Positions 35,895 to 44,315 of a stretch of 64,000 bases of DNA are shown here, in pieces. A program made the position numbers and the translations under genes. Position 1 is the stretch's first letter. The number at the start of each line of letters is the position of its first letter. The DNA comes from a virus. Below the pieces are notes generated by a model. The model saw only the letters and a list, made by a program, of their open reading frames with translations, ran no database searches and had not been told where the DNA came from. The stretch spans positions 64,001 through 128,000 of the IMG/VR virus record IMGVR_UViG_3300029243_000160. One strand, written 5' to 3'.

Positions 35895-36224
35895 TTATTT
35901 ACCATATTGGGTATCGAAATCTTTGATTTCTTTGAGAATATCTTCTGTACTGTTATCGCTTGCATCATACCATTCCATTTTTTTCAGGTACTTGGCAAGC
36001 CAGCTATCATACAGGGAATTTGCAACAATGCCGACCTCACTGAAAGAATCTTTTCCTTCTTCAATGACAAAAACAAGCTCTTTGTCTGTATCTGATACTT
36101 CCTTGAAGTTGCAATTTTTGAAAGCATCTCTTACAGTTTTGTATATTGCGTTTAGGTCATGCTGTTGAAACCGTAGTACCTTATCATCATCAATCACAAC
36201 TGTGATTTTGTATAAGTATTTCAT
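35895..36224 (-). CDS. hypothetical protein (109 aa), candidate partner of the VapD-like protein
   Basis: Trimmed to ATG 36224 (the longer ORF-track version overlaps the NADAR gene). Separated by 2 nt from the downstream vapD-like start. Confidence 0.55.
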   Translation of the reverse strand: MKYLYKITVVIDDDKVLRFQQHDLNAIYKTVRDAFKNCNFKEVSDTDKELVFVIEEGKDSFSEVGIVANSLYDSWLAKYLKKMEWYDASDNSTEDILKEIKDFDTQYGK

Positions 36225-36238
36225 ACTATCTCTGCCTT

Positions 36239-36670
36239 TCATTCGCCACTTTTGATTTCTGCTCGTATCTGCATCAAAATGAAGCCCAGTCGATTCGCCC
36301 CAGAACCGTTCACTGTTCCCCAAATCCTATCGCCCCATGTGTTGCCTTCTTCCAAATACGCATCACCTGTGGCAAGCAATTTGTCTGCAAGTTCTGTGTT
36401 TTGCGTGAACTTTGCTCTGACGATTTCTTCCATGATTCTGACTTTGACAGCTTCCCAATCCTTCCGCAAATTTACTTTCCTACCAAGCTTCTTTGCTTCG
36501 GTTGGATTCAGTTTCGTGAACTGAATTTTTTCAGAATCGCTCGTGCATTTCTGTGCCTGAAAAGCTGCTTCGTTGTTGGTGTAAGTCAGTTGCTTATATG
36601 TTACCGGACATTCGTAGAAATTACTCAAAAAGAAAAAATCTCCACGAAATTGTTTGATTGCTTGTTCCAT
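36239..36670 (-). CDS. NADAR (YbiA/DUF1768) family ADP-ribosyl-hydrolase-like protein
   Basis: FRGDFFFLSNFYECPV, NNEAAFQAQK, W..VK..IM and GANRLGFILMQIRAEI match the NADAR pattern I know. RBS TGAGGTGA. Confidence 0.8.
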   Translation of the reverse strand: MEQAIKQFRGDFFFLSNFYECPVTYKQLTYTNNEAAFQAQKCTSDSEKIQFTKLNPTEAKKLGRKVNLRKDWEAVKVRIMEEIVRAKFTQNTELADKLLATGDAYLEEGNTWGDRIWGTVNGSGANRLGFILMQIRAEIKSGE

Positions 36671-36690
36671 AAGGATTCACCTCATTTCCG

Positions 36691-37137
36691 TTACAAGTAT
36701 TTCTTATATATTTTTTCACAAGCGTTTGGATAAGATGTTTCATGCAACGGATTATATAACTTCATCATCAGCTCTGCCGGAACTTTTTGGCTTATGGTTT
36801 TAGAAGGAATATTATACTTCCATTGCAACATAACATAAACGTGTGCAACCCACTCCAGCAGGATATTGTCATATTCTGTATTATCAGCCTTCGGCTTGCA
36901 TCTTGTAAAGTCAATAGAGTGCAGCAATTGTTTATAGCCCTTGTTTAACGCACTCCAATTGCCTTTATCCATTTTCTTTCGTATTTCTGAATGTTGCATA
37001 TACTCATCAATCATCGAACACAAACTGTACTGTTCGATTTCATTAAGCTTCAAAAATAGCAGTGTGTGAACATCTTCAACATCTTCCAGATACGAGGAAT
37101 CATACGCTTTATTATCTGTCATCAATTTCAAACTCAT
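36691..37137 (-). CDS. helical protein, DUF3791-like (tentative)
   Basis: Start trimmed to ATG 37137 (or 37122). Position immediately downstream of a DUF3990-like gene matches the common DUF3990/DUF3791 pairing. The family call is from memory and weak. Confidence 0.5.
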   Translation of the reverse strand: MSLKLMTDNKAYDSSYLEDVEDVHTLLFLKLNEIEQYSLCSMIDEYMQHSEIRKKMDKGNWSALNKGYKQLLHSIDFTRCKPKADNTEYDNILLEWVAHVYVMLQWKYNIPSKTISQKVPAELMMKLYNPLHETSYPNACEKIYKKYL

Positions 37138-37858
37138 TCCTTTCGTTAGCACGTTCTTCCTGTAAATAGCACCCATATTCCTTGTTGTATTCATATTGAG
37201 TGCTGATTACATCTTTCACAGTCAAACCAGCTGGTTTGAACCCATCAATCTGAATGGCGTACTCTCTGTTGTGCAAGAATTTTCCGACTTCTCTTCTCGC
37301 CTTTGCGTCAGCTTCACCATAATGAGAATCTTTGTTCATTGAGACATTTTCATAGTCTTCAAAACAAATCCGGTCAAATGCTTTTTCACTTTTTATAAAC
37401 ACCTGTTGCCCAAGATTGCCATTACGGAACATTCTATCAACTTCGTCAACAGACAACTGATTTCGCAAAAAAGACTTCACTACATTCATGTAGCTGTCGT
37501 CTGCACGATACCCAATTATTACATCGGCTTTTGAAGTGTCAATCTTATACATTTCCACAAGTTTGTCTGCAACTGCCTGTGTAAATTCGTCTGATGCACC
37601 TCGATGATTCGTTACCTCTGCAATCCATGCGAGTGTTCCGTGTTCATCAAGATTCAGGACGTTCAGTCCATCAAGGTCTATCGAATATTGATTACACACC
37701 GCAGATTTATCAGAGCCGTTTACCCAAGCCCATTCTCTTGCTTTTTCAATATCCTCTGTTGTGTAAAATCCGCTTCCGTAGTCGTTATCCTCTTTTCCAA
37801 CTCCGTACAGTGGTTTCTTTAAGATAACATCACTTCCGTGATATAAAATCTTTCTCAT
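37112..37858 (-). CDS. DUF3990-like protein with PARP/ART-like H-Y signature
   Basis: MRKILYHGSDV...DYGSGFYTTEDIEKA. HGS plus GxGFY mirrors the PARP-type LWHGS...GKGIYFA motifs. RBS AGAAAGGA. Confidence 0.7.
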   Translation of the reverse strand: MRKILYHGSDVILKKPLYGVGKEDNDYGSGFYTTEDIEKAREWAWVNGSDKSAVCNQYSIDLDGLNVLNLDEHGTLAWIAEVTNHRGASDEFTQAVADKLVEMYKIDTSKADVIIGYRADDSYMNVVKSFLRNQLSVDEVDRMFRNGNLGQQVFIKSEKAFDRICFEDYENVSMNKDSHYGEADAKARREVGKFLHNREYAIQIDGFKPAGLTVKDVISTQYEYNKEYGCYLQEERANERNEFEIDDR

Positions 37859-37875
37859 ACGTTATCCTTTCTGTT

Positions 37876-38385
37876 TCAAAAAAACGGAATCTCACAAATG
37901 ACTTTCGCTTGAATCTGGTCTTTCTTAATATATCCAACTGCTTTATCTCGACTGTCCGAACTGTAATTGCGATTATCGCCCATAACAAAATAGCAGTTGT
38001 CTGGAACAGTTATCGGATATTCAAAAGCACCCTCATCAAGATGCGTCATTTCTTTGATGTAAGGCTCTACAAGCGTTTCACCGTTCACTTTTACTGCTCC
38101 AGAATCAAAATCAATATCCACGGTATCGCCTTCTGTGGCAATCACACGTTTAATCAATACGATTCCGGCATCACAGTCTGTAATAATGACATCGCCTTTC
38201 TCCGGCTCTGCATGGCGTAAACACAGCAGTTTCTCACCATCAAAATAAGTATCGTTCATCGAATTGCCACTGACGGTTGCAATTTTCAACACGCCAAAGA
38301 ATAAGAATGCTGACACGCCGATGATTGCACCGTAAATTGCAGTATTCTTAATCAGAATTTTTGCTTTGCTGTTCAAAAATAACAC
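37876..38385 (-). CDS. lepB: signal peptidase I (S26)
   Basis: N-terminal TM helix; SGNSMNDT (catalytic Ser box); LIKRVIATEGD (Lys box); GDNRNYSSDSR. Start uncertain (GTG 38385 or TTG 38376). Confidence 0.85.
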   Translation of the reverse strand: MLFLNSKAKILIKNTAIYGAIIGVSAFLFFGVLKIATVSGNSMNDTYFDGEKLLCLRHAEPEKGDVIITDCDAGIVLIKRVIATEGDTVDIDFDSGAVKVNGETLVEPYIKEMTHLDEGAFEYPITVPDNCYFVMGDNRNYSSDSRDKAVGYIKKDQIQAKVICEIPFF

Positions 38386-38394
38386 TCCTTTAAG

Positions 38395-38934
38395 TTACAA
38401 GGATTTCTCAGCTTCTGCGATTTTATCCAGTTTTTGATTGATTTCATCAACCTTATTCGCAATATCCATAATGTCAAAATGTGTGGTTGTGAATACGATA
38501 TAATCACTGACACGCATCGAAAGAGCTGCTGCTCTCTTCTTGATTTCTTCAAATGCCTCTGGCGTAATTCTGATATTCAGCTGAGTGCTTCCTGCTTTTT
38601 CTATTTCTGGTTCTGAGTAGCTTGCTTTACTCATTGTTTTTTCTCCTTTGCCTTTGATATTGCTTACGTCTACGCCTCGGCACTTTGCCAGTGCATTGGT
38701 TTTGTTCAAGGCATCATTCAGTAAGCCGGACACGTTGTTCAGGTCAAACGAAAGTGCCGTATACAGCACATATTCGCTGATTGTAATGCCGTATTTTTCA
38801 CATGATGTGCGAATTTTTTCATTGGAAACAGCATCAACATAGACGTGCATACGTTTTGTCTTTGCTCCTTCCAAGTAGCGGATATTTTCTCCAAAAAGAG
38901 CATAAGCCCTTTCCATTCTGTTTCCTACTGCCAT
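38395..38934 (-). CDS. tandem ribbon-helix-helix (MobC/CopG-like) DNA-binding protein
   Basis: Two RHH-like units: MHVYVDAVSNEKIRTSCEKYGITISEYVLYTAL and LNIRITPEAFEEIKKRAAALSMRVSDYIVFTT. Confidence 0.6.
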   Translation of the reverse strand: MAVGNRMERAYALFGENIRYLEGAKTKRMHVYVDAVSNEKIRTSCEKYGITISEYVLYTALSFDLNNVSGLLNDALNKTNALAKCRGVDVSNIKGKGEKTMSKASYSEPEIEKAGSTQLNIRITPEAFEEIKKRAAALSMRVSDYIVFTTTHFDIMDIANKVDEINQKLDKIAEAEKSL

Positions 38935-38982
38935 TCGTTTTACCCATCTTTCTGCTATGATAGCTTATTGTTATGTTAAGTA

Positions 38983-39011
38983 ATTATAGCCAATCGTGTA
39001 CATAAAAGCAA
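38983..39011 (-). promoter_or_regulatory. promoter TTGCTT-ttatGTACACgattggc-TATAAT
   Basis: 17-bp spacer with the GTACAC block at the same position as in the other cassette promoters. Confidence 0.6.
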
Positions 39012-39038
39012 GCGACCATATACACGACTGAATGTTCG

Positions 39039-39233
39039 CTATTTTTCCAGAAACGCTTCTGCTTCCTGATATGCTTCTGGATTATTCCAGATTTCCAAAA
39101 CTCTACTCATAAACTTCTCTCGGCTCTCTTTGATGCCAAACTGCTTATTTACATCATACACCAACCGAAAGCAAGCAAAGAAGTCATGCGATTTTTCATA
39201 AGTTTCCCTTGTAATAGCCATTGTATTCACCAT
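39039..39233 (-). CDS. hypothetical protein (64 aa)
   Basis: RBS GAAAGGAA 8 nt upstream of the ATG. Confidence 0.55.
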   Translation of the reverse strand: MVNTMAITRETYEKSHDFFACFRLVYDVNKQFGIKESREKFMSRVLEIWNNPEAYQEAEAFLEK

Positions 39234-39234
39234 A

Positions 39235-39909
39235 TCATTTGATTCCTTTCATGTATTTGTTTACAGTGTCCAGCATTCCTTTTCGTTCTACAACACATCG
39301 GTAAAACATACTGTTTTTATTTCCGGATTCTGATTCATACCAGTTTGCAAGGAACACTGCATCTTTCAAAACACCGCAGAAGTCGTTCTGATTCAGATTG
39401 CAGATAGAATCTCCATTTGCATTATTCACAATAACACAAAACTCTGGAGCAGGCTTTTTCACTTCTGTGGTTTCCATTTCAACTGTTTTCTTCTTGAACG
39501 GATTCCGGAGCGTGACCTGTTCTTCCGTTTGTCCTTGCAAAATCGTCATCATGATTTGCTTCATTGCATCAGGTATTTGAAGTTGAAACGAAATTTCCTG
39601 CTCGTTCCGGCGTTTTTTTAAGTATGTTAAAAAATCTTTTGCTCGTTTGGAAATAGCCTTTTGTGTTCCATTTCCCCAACGAACAATGTCATTGAAGTCT
39701 GTGTACACAAAAATTGGCAGTGTGCGGTCTTTTACAAAATTGAGCAGGATTCCCATTGCGTTCACTCTGCATTCCGTTTCGTTTCCGGAAATTATTTTGT
39801 GAATTGCTTTTGGTGTACCCTGTCCAGACACTAGCAATCCTACGAAGTGCATTTTGTGGGTGTCCTCGGTGTAAATACCTGTAAGATAGATTGCAGCACC
39901 TGCTATCAT
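39235..39909 (-). CDS. protein with degenerate RNase H-like N-terminal fold (tentative)
   Basis: GNETECRVNAMGILLNFV...LPIFVYTDFNDIVRW resembles the E...A..aL....I.iyTDs core of RNase HI, but the first Asp is not evident. Confidence 0.5.
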   Translation of the reverse strand: MIAGAAIYLTGIYTEDTHKMHFVGLLVSGQGTPKAIHKIISGNETECRVNAMGILLNFVKDRTLPIFVYTDFNDIVRWGNGTQKAISKRAKDFLTYLKKRRNEQEISFQLQIPDAMKQIMMTILQGQTEEQVTLRNPFKKKTVEMETTEVKKPAPEFCVIVNNANGDSICNLNQNDFCGVLKDAVFLANWYESESGNKNSMFYRCVVERKGMLDTVNKYMKGIK

Positions 39910-39915
39910 GTTGTA

Positions 39916-40674
39916 TCACTCCATAATGATTCGATTAAATTCGTCAGCACTGTCAATGTTGCAAACATGACCGCTATGCTTTAGAATTACGATTTTTGCA
40001 CACGTTGCTCTTGCTTCATGCACAGCTCCTTTCAGGAAGCATTTGTCCCATTCACCAAGAATATATTGGTTTTCCTGATGACGTTGACTTGAAAATTTCG
40101 ACACCAGCGAGAAATGTTCCTTAAAAACATTCATATACGCTTTGAACTCATATTTGTTGAGTGCTTTTGCACATTCACAAAAAAGCTTCCGGCTTTTCTT
40201 GCTGCATCGCATAGGCATCAACACCTTGCTAAACACTCTATACACAAGCGTGAACGGCAGCTTATTCCCGATTATCGAAAAGACATCGACTGTTCTCTTC
40301 AAGAAATTTCCAACATCACCAATTGCACCAACAAGCACTGCATTTTTCACATACTGAGGAAAATACATTTCCATGTACTTGATAAATACTGTCCCAAGTG
40401 AAACGCCCATAAACGAAGCACTTTTGATTCTGTATTTATCTAATACACAAATGATTTCTTTGGATATTGTTGATAAAGATGGGCTGGACAATTCTGTCAG
40501 TTTGATATTCCCATCAAAGTGGCTCGGAAGATTTATCGCAAGAACATTGTATTTTTCTTGCAACACAGGGATTTGCTTTTTCCATACCCTGTGATTCCCA
40601 CCAAACCCATGAAGCAATACCATGTATTTTTCCACAAACTTGTTGTGACAAGGAAATATAACATGATGTAACAT
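39916..40674 (-). CDS. alpha/beta-fold hydrolase
   Basis: VLLHGFGGN oxyanion-type motif and nucleophile elbow GVSLG. Confidence 0.75.
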   Translation of the reverse strand: MLHHVIFPCHNKFVEKYMVLLHGFGGNHRVWKKQIPVLQEKYNVLAINLPSHFDGNIKLTELSSPSLSTISKEIICVLDKYRIKSASFMGVSLGTVFIKYMEMYFPQYVKNAVLVGAIGDVGNFLKRTVDVFSIIGNKLPFTLVYRVFSKVLMPMRCSKKSRKLFCECAKALNKYEFKAYMNVFKEHFSLVSKFSSQRHQENQYILGEWDKCFLKGAVHEARATCAKIVILKHSGHVCNIDSADEFNRIIME

Positions 40675-40695
40675 AAAATGTTTTCATTCCCCTCT

Positions 40696-41307
40696 TTATA
40701 CAACAGGTTCTGCTTCCAGAACAGGTACGTTCGCACGAATCATCTGTGCAAGCCCCTCTGCACCACCGTAGTAGTCAAAATCAGCTTTTGTCATTTTGAT
40801 GTTGAGAGAAAACATCACAGGAGCATCATCACGCATAGCTGGCTGTTCGGTCGGTGCATTTCCCTTTGCTTTCAGTCCGGCTTCCATGCCTTGCTTTGCC
40901 AGTGCATCTGCTGCCTCGTTCAGCACATTATCAGAATGTGCTTTCACCTTGACAAACCCAATCGGGAAATACTGTCTTGCCATTGCAATTCTTTGCTGAT
41001 AGTCCTGTGTTGCAGGTTTCTTTGCTTTCCATTCGCTGTCAGCCCATTTCTGCAACCCTTCGTAATCGTGGTACACTGTAACAGATTCCACGTCATGAAG
41101 CTTCTGATTCATCTTAAACAGCAGACGCAGAGCTTCCAACACCCCATAGATTTCTCCGGCAATATTGCGGATTCCATCTGTATCTTCGCCGTAAAAAGAA
41201 AGCTCCTGAACCGGATTAAATCCAAAGGGAGTTTCTTGCAGAATAACTGCACCAGAACCCCAGACACCATCTTTATAAGAACCGTCCGAATAAATTGCAT
41301 ATTTCAT
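40696..41307 (-). CDS. rnhA: ribonuclease HI with C-terminal extension
   Basis: Trimmed to ATG 41307 (RBS AAAGGAG). YSDGSY..GSGAV, NIAGEIYGVLEAL, VYHDYEGL, W..K and VKAHSDNVLNEAADALAKQG. Confidence 0.8.
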   Translation of the reverse strand: MKYAIYSDGSYKDGVWGSGAVILQETPFGFNPVQELSFYGEDTDGIRNIAGEIYGVLEALRLLFKMNQKLHDVESVTVYHDYEGLQKWADSEWKAKKPATQDYQQRIAMARQYFPIGFVKVKAHSDNVLNEAADALAKQGMEAGLKAKGNAPTEQPAMRDDAPVMFSLNIKMTKADFDYYGGAEGLAQMIRANVPVLEAEPVV

Positions 41308-41356
41308 AATTATCGCTCCTTTATATAGCCTTGCGATTTGTTTCTTTGTACTTATA

Positions 41357-41385
41357 ATTATAGCACAGTAGTGTACAAATGTCAA
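41357..41385 (-). promoter_or_regulatory. cassette promoter TTGACAtttGTACACtactgtgcTATAAT
   Basis: Identical to the copy at 62952-62980. Confidence 0.7.
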
Positions 41386-41450
41386 GTCGCTTAGATAATT
41401 CTGCATATAAAAATCCATGTGATATTTGTCACTGTTTTTGTGCAAGTATA

Positions 41451-41478
41451 CAAAAGCCTGCTCCGTTACAGAACAGGC
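41451..41478 (-). terminator. rho-independent terminator
   Basis: Minus-strand GCCTGTTC-TGTAACG-GAGCAGGC followed by TTTTG and the conserved GTATACTTGCACAAA block. Confidence 0.6.
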
Positions 41479-41485
41479 AATTATA

Positions 41486-42283
41486 TTACTTCTCTCTCAG
41501 CAAAATTTCTGCTGCCTTATTGATTTTCTTTGCATAATCATCTCCAAGCTCAGGGTGAATATCTGGGTGAAACATTCGCATCAGTTTCTTTTGCTGTTTT
41601 TTGATTTCTTCTGGAGAGCATTCCGTGTTTTCCAAGAATAAAACGCCTCTTGCCCATTCCATGTCCTGCTTTGATGCAGTCTTCTTTTTCACAGATTCTG
41701 CTTCCATTTCCTTTAGCTTTTGAATGTCTTGCAGTTTCTTCAAAATCTGAAATCTGGTATCATCTATCATCTGGTAGAATAAGCTGCGAAACATCGTCAG
41801 GCGTTTGGGTTCAGTCACGTCCAGCATTTTATCCTTTTTTGTGAACTCACAAGGCTCGTTCTCAGCTGCAATATATTCCGTTGCAACATTATCTGTCACA
41901 ACCTTCACTTTAACATTGCAGACAACCTTATTGGTATTCGTACCGATGTTGCGAATATCCGCACAGTAGATGCCTGTTTCTTTCAGCTCTGCAATGCTGA
42001 AAATATCTCCAAGGTCTGTCGGTTCGCCATTTTTTTCGTTTTTGCTAAAGCAAAACATACTGTGAACGCTGTCCAGATACATCGTTCCATAAGAAGATGT
42101 ATTGCTGAATATTTTCGCTTTCTCTTTTGCTTGCTCCACAAGGCGAATCAGATAATCTGCATCACAGGACTTTAAGTCAATGTGCATTGGAAGATACTGA
42201 CGGCAGGCTTTGCAAACGCAGCCGTTATATGCTTTCTTTGCAAACATTCCAGCGTCCTGCTTGCAGATAATACATTCTTTCAT
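41486..42283 (-). CDS. J-domain protein with N-terminal zinc-ribbon
   Basis: C-terminus SPEEIKKQQKKLMRMFHPDIHPELGDDYAKKINKAAEILL (HPD tripeptide). N-terminus CIICK...CVCKAC. RBS AAAGGAG. Confidence 0.8.
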   Translation of the reverse strand: MKECIICKQDAGMFAKKAYNGCVCKACRQYLPMHIDLKSCDADYLIRLVEQAKEKAKIFSNTSSYGTMYLDSVHSMFCFSKNEKNGEPTDLGDIFSIAELKETGIYCADIRNIGTNTNKVVCNVKVKVVTDNVATEYIAAENEPCEFTKKDKMLDVTEPKRLTMFRSLFYQMIDDTRFQILKKLQDIQKLKEMEAESVKKKTASKQDMEWARGVLFLENTECSPEEIKKQQKKLMRMFHPDIHPELGDDYAKKINKAAEILLREK

Positions 42284-42294
42284 TGGAATCTCCT

Positions 42295-43578
42295 TTACAG
42301 AACATTCTTATTAGGACTGGTGCTGACATCACAACCGCACAGGACAAATTTGTTTTGTGCCTTGTCTGTGATGATTTGTTCCTCTCCGTTGACAGTGATT
42401 TTTCTGGAGAGCAGGTTTTGTCCATAGTTCAGAGCGTGACGGTCAAGGCATTCGTCCAGAATGTTTCTGGCAGTTCGACCGTTGCCAAATGAAGAAAGTC
42501 TTCGTTCTCTGTCACATCGCACCTCAAAGTTGTCAAGAGCTTCCTGCGATACGATATAGCCCTTTCCGTGAGCCATAGCCTGAAAGATGTCTTTCATTTC
42601 TGTTGTGCTGTAGTCTGGGAACTCCAGATATTCTTTGATACGGCTCTTAAAACCTTCGTTGGTGTCCAGCAACCGTTTGATGTCGTTTTTGTAACCAGCC
42701 AGAATGACAGTGAACTTGTCACGATTATCTTCCATTTCCTTAATGAGCGTTGCAATGACGGCTTTGCCATATTCCGCTGTACCGTCCATAATAGCATACG
42801 CCTCGTCAATGAAGAGGACACCGCCATAGGCTTTCTGAATCAGCAGCTTTGTCTTTGTGTCACTCATTTCTCCGGCTTTCAAGAAGTTACCATCAATCTC
42901 GATACACTTGTTCTCTTTTATGTAACCGTACTTATAGAGGAATCCGGTTATAATTCTGGCAACCGTAGTTTTACCAGTACCAGCAGAACCATAGAACACA
43001 AAATGTCTGCCGTTCATGCCATACTCACTTCTGGTCTGCTTCTTTTCCTTTTTCTCTTTGGTCATTGCTTCACGTTCAAACTGCATTCTCGCAGCCATTT
43101 CAGTGACTTTCTGCTTCACCAGAGGTAGTCCAATCATATCCTGCAAATCTTTTTCCGGATTTCTGCTTCCTTCTTTGACAATCTTATTCATGACACTGGT
43201 AGGGAACAGCATTTCCATTTGCTGTAGTTTTTCCTTATCCATCTGTTCACGTTCTTTCCGAGTAAGTGTTGCATAATTGCTTTTCTTACTGTTGCCGAAC
43301 TCATCGTATTCATTGTCCTGAATTGCTTTCTGGTACATTTTCGCCAAAGGCTTTTTGAATACACCCCACTGAACCAAAGTGATGAAAAATACAATGCAGG
43401 AAATCAGCGGAACTTGTATATCATCTACCTGAAACGTACCGCCAAGCGGAATGATTGCAGTGTTCTTCAAGCGAATCATCTGATATAAAAACCAGACAAC
43501 TGCCACAATCGGGGCGGCGGTACTGAGCGTACTCAACAAAATTGTCAACGGATAACTGGTCTTCTTCTTTTTATTCAT
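42295..43578 (-). CDS. membrane-anchored SpoVK/CbbX-type AAA+ ATPase
   Basis: Trimmed to ATG 43578 (MNKKKKTSYPL...). Two N-terminal TM helices; Walker A GSAGTGKTT; Walker B GGVLFIDEAY; VILAGY; NEGFKSRI..FPDYS. Confidence 0.8.
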   Translation of the reverse strand: MNKKKKTSYPLTILLSTLSTAAPIVAVVWFLYQMIRLKNTAIIPLGGTFQVDDIQVPLISCIVFFITLVQWGVFKKPLAKMYQKAIQDNEYDEFGNSKKSNYATLTRKEREQMDKEKLQQMEMLFPTSVMNKIVKEGSRNPEKDLQDMIGLPLVKQKVTEMAARMQFEREAMTKEKKEKKQTRSEYGMNGRHFVFYGSAGTGKTTVARIITGFLYKYGYIKENKCIEIDGNFLKAGEMSDTKTKLLIQKAYGGVLFIDEAYAIMDGTAEYGKAVIATLIKEMEDNRDKFTVILAGYKNDIKRLLDTNEGFKSRIKEYLEFPDYSTTEMKDIFQAMAHGKGYIVSQEALDNFEVRCDRERRLSSFGNGRTARNILDECLDRHALNYGQNLLSRKITVNGEEQIITDKAQNKFVLCGCDVSTSPNKNVL

Positions 43579-43582
43579 TGCT

Positions 43583-43990
43583 TTACTCCATTTCTGATTG
43601 ATACTTGCTGTATGCTGGTTGAAGCTTTCCGATAACGCTTTCATAATCCCTGCATTTTCGTATGTCCTGTTCCATGACAACGCTATTGAAATGGTCTGCA
43701 ATGGTATCACACAGGGAATGAAAAACGCTATCAAGATGTGGCGGTGTCCAGATGTCAGAACGGCACAGGAATACACCGTCAAACGCATAGCTCTTTTCTT
43801 CTATCTTTGAGAGATTTTTCTGAACGATGCCACGAAATGCCCTGTTTTCTTTTCTGTCTTTGTCTAAGCCGAACATCTCCAGTGACACCGGATTTGCAAC
43901 CCAAGTAAGCCCCATATCATATTCTTTCAGAAGATGGGAAATCCAGTTGCCACAGTCAAGTTTTTCATTATCATTTACAATGTCGTGGTG
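43583..43990 (-). pseudogene. 5'-truncated paralogue of the 44316-45047 gene
   Basis: Translation HHDIVNDNEKLDCGNWISHLLKEYDMGLTWVANPVSLEMFGLDK...FLCRSDIWTPPHLD parallels MHHDFTNNNKHLDCGNWISYLLDEYKMKLRWIANPISIEMFGLDK...FLCRSDMWTPPHLD. The N-terminal ~105 aa are missing and there is no RBS. Confidence 0.65.
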
Positions 43991-44183
43991 CTTCTGAAAT
44001 TATCTTATCAAGATATTCAGATACACCTGTTTTTTTGACCTCAGATAATAGCTTTTCAGCTTCTTCACGGTTATCGCTCGCCGTAATAGGTTCGTACTTA
44101 AACAAATTGTATTCATCGTTAGTTATAAGCACGATATTCTTTTCTTCCGTGTTCATCTCTTCGGCTATAATATACTTTTTCAT
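43971..44183 (-). CDS. hypothetical protein (70 aa)
   Basis: Strong RBS GGAGGAG 7 nt before the ATG. Its 3' end runs into the truncated paralogue. Confidence 0.6.
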   Translation of the reverse strand: MKKYIIAEEMNTEEKNIVLITNDEYNLFKYEPITASDNREEAEKLLSEVKKTGVSEYLDKIISEAPRHCK

Positions 44184-44315
44184 ATCGGTTCTCCTCCAGT
44201 GTAAATTTTTATTGACAAATTAGGAAAAAGCATTGCAGATGTCGATATAACATCATACACCTTTACTTTATCTAATCTGCCAGTACCTGTTCCTAACAGC
44301 GGCATTGCTACTGTG

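Noticed and set aside
40678-41328. 216-aa plus-strand ORF
   Set aside because: It is antisense to RNase HI.
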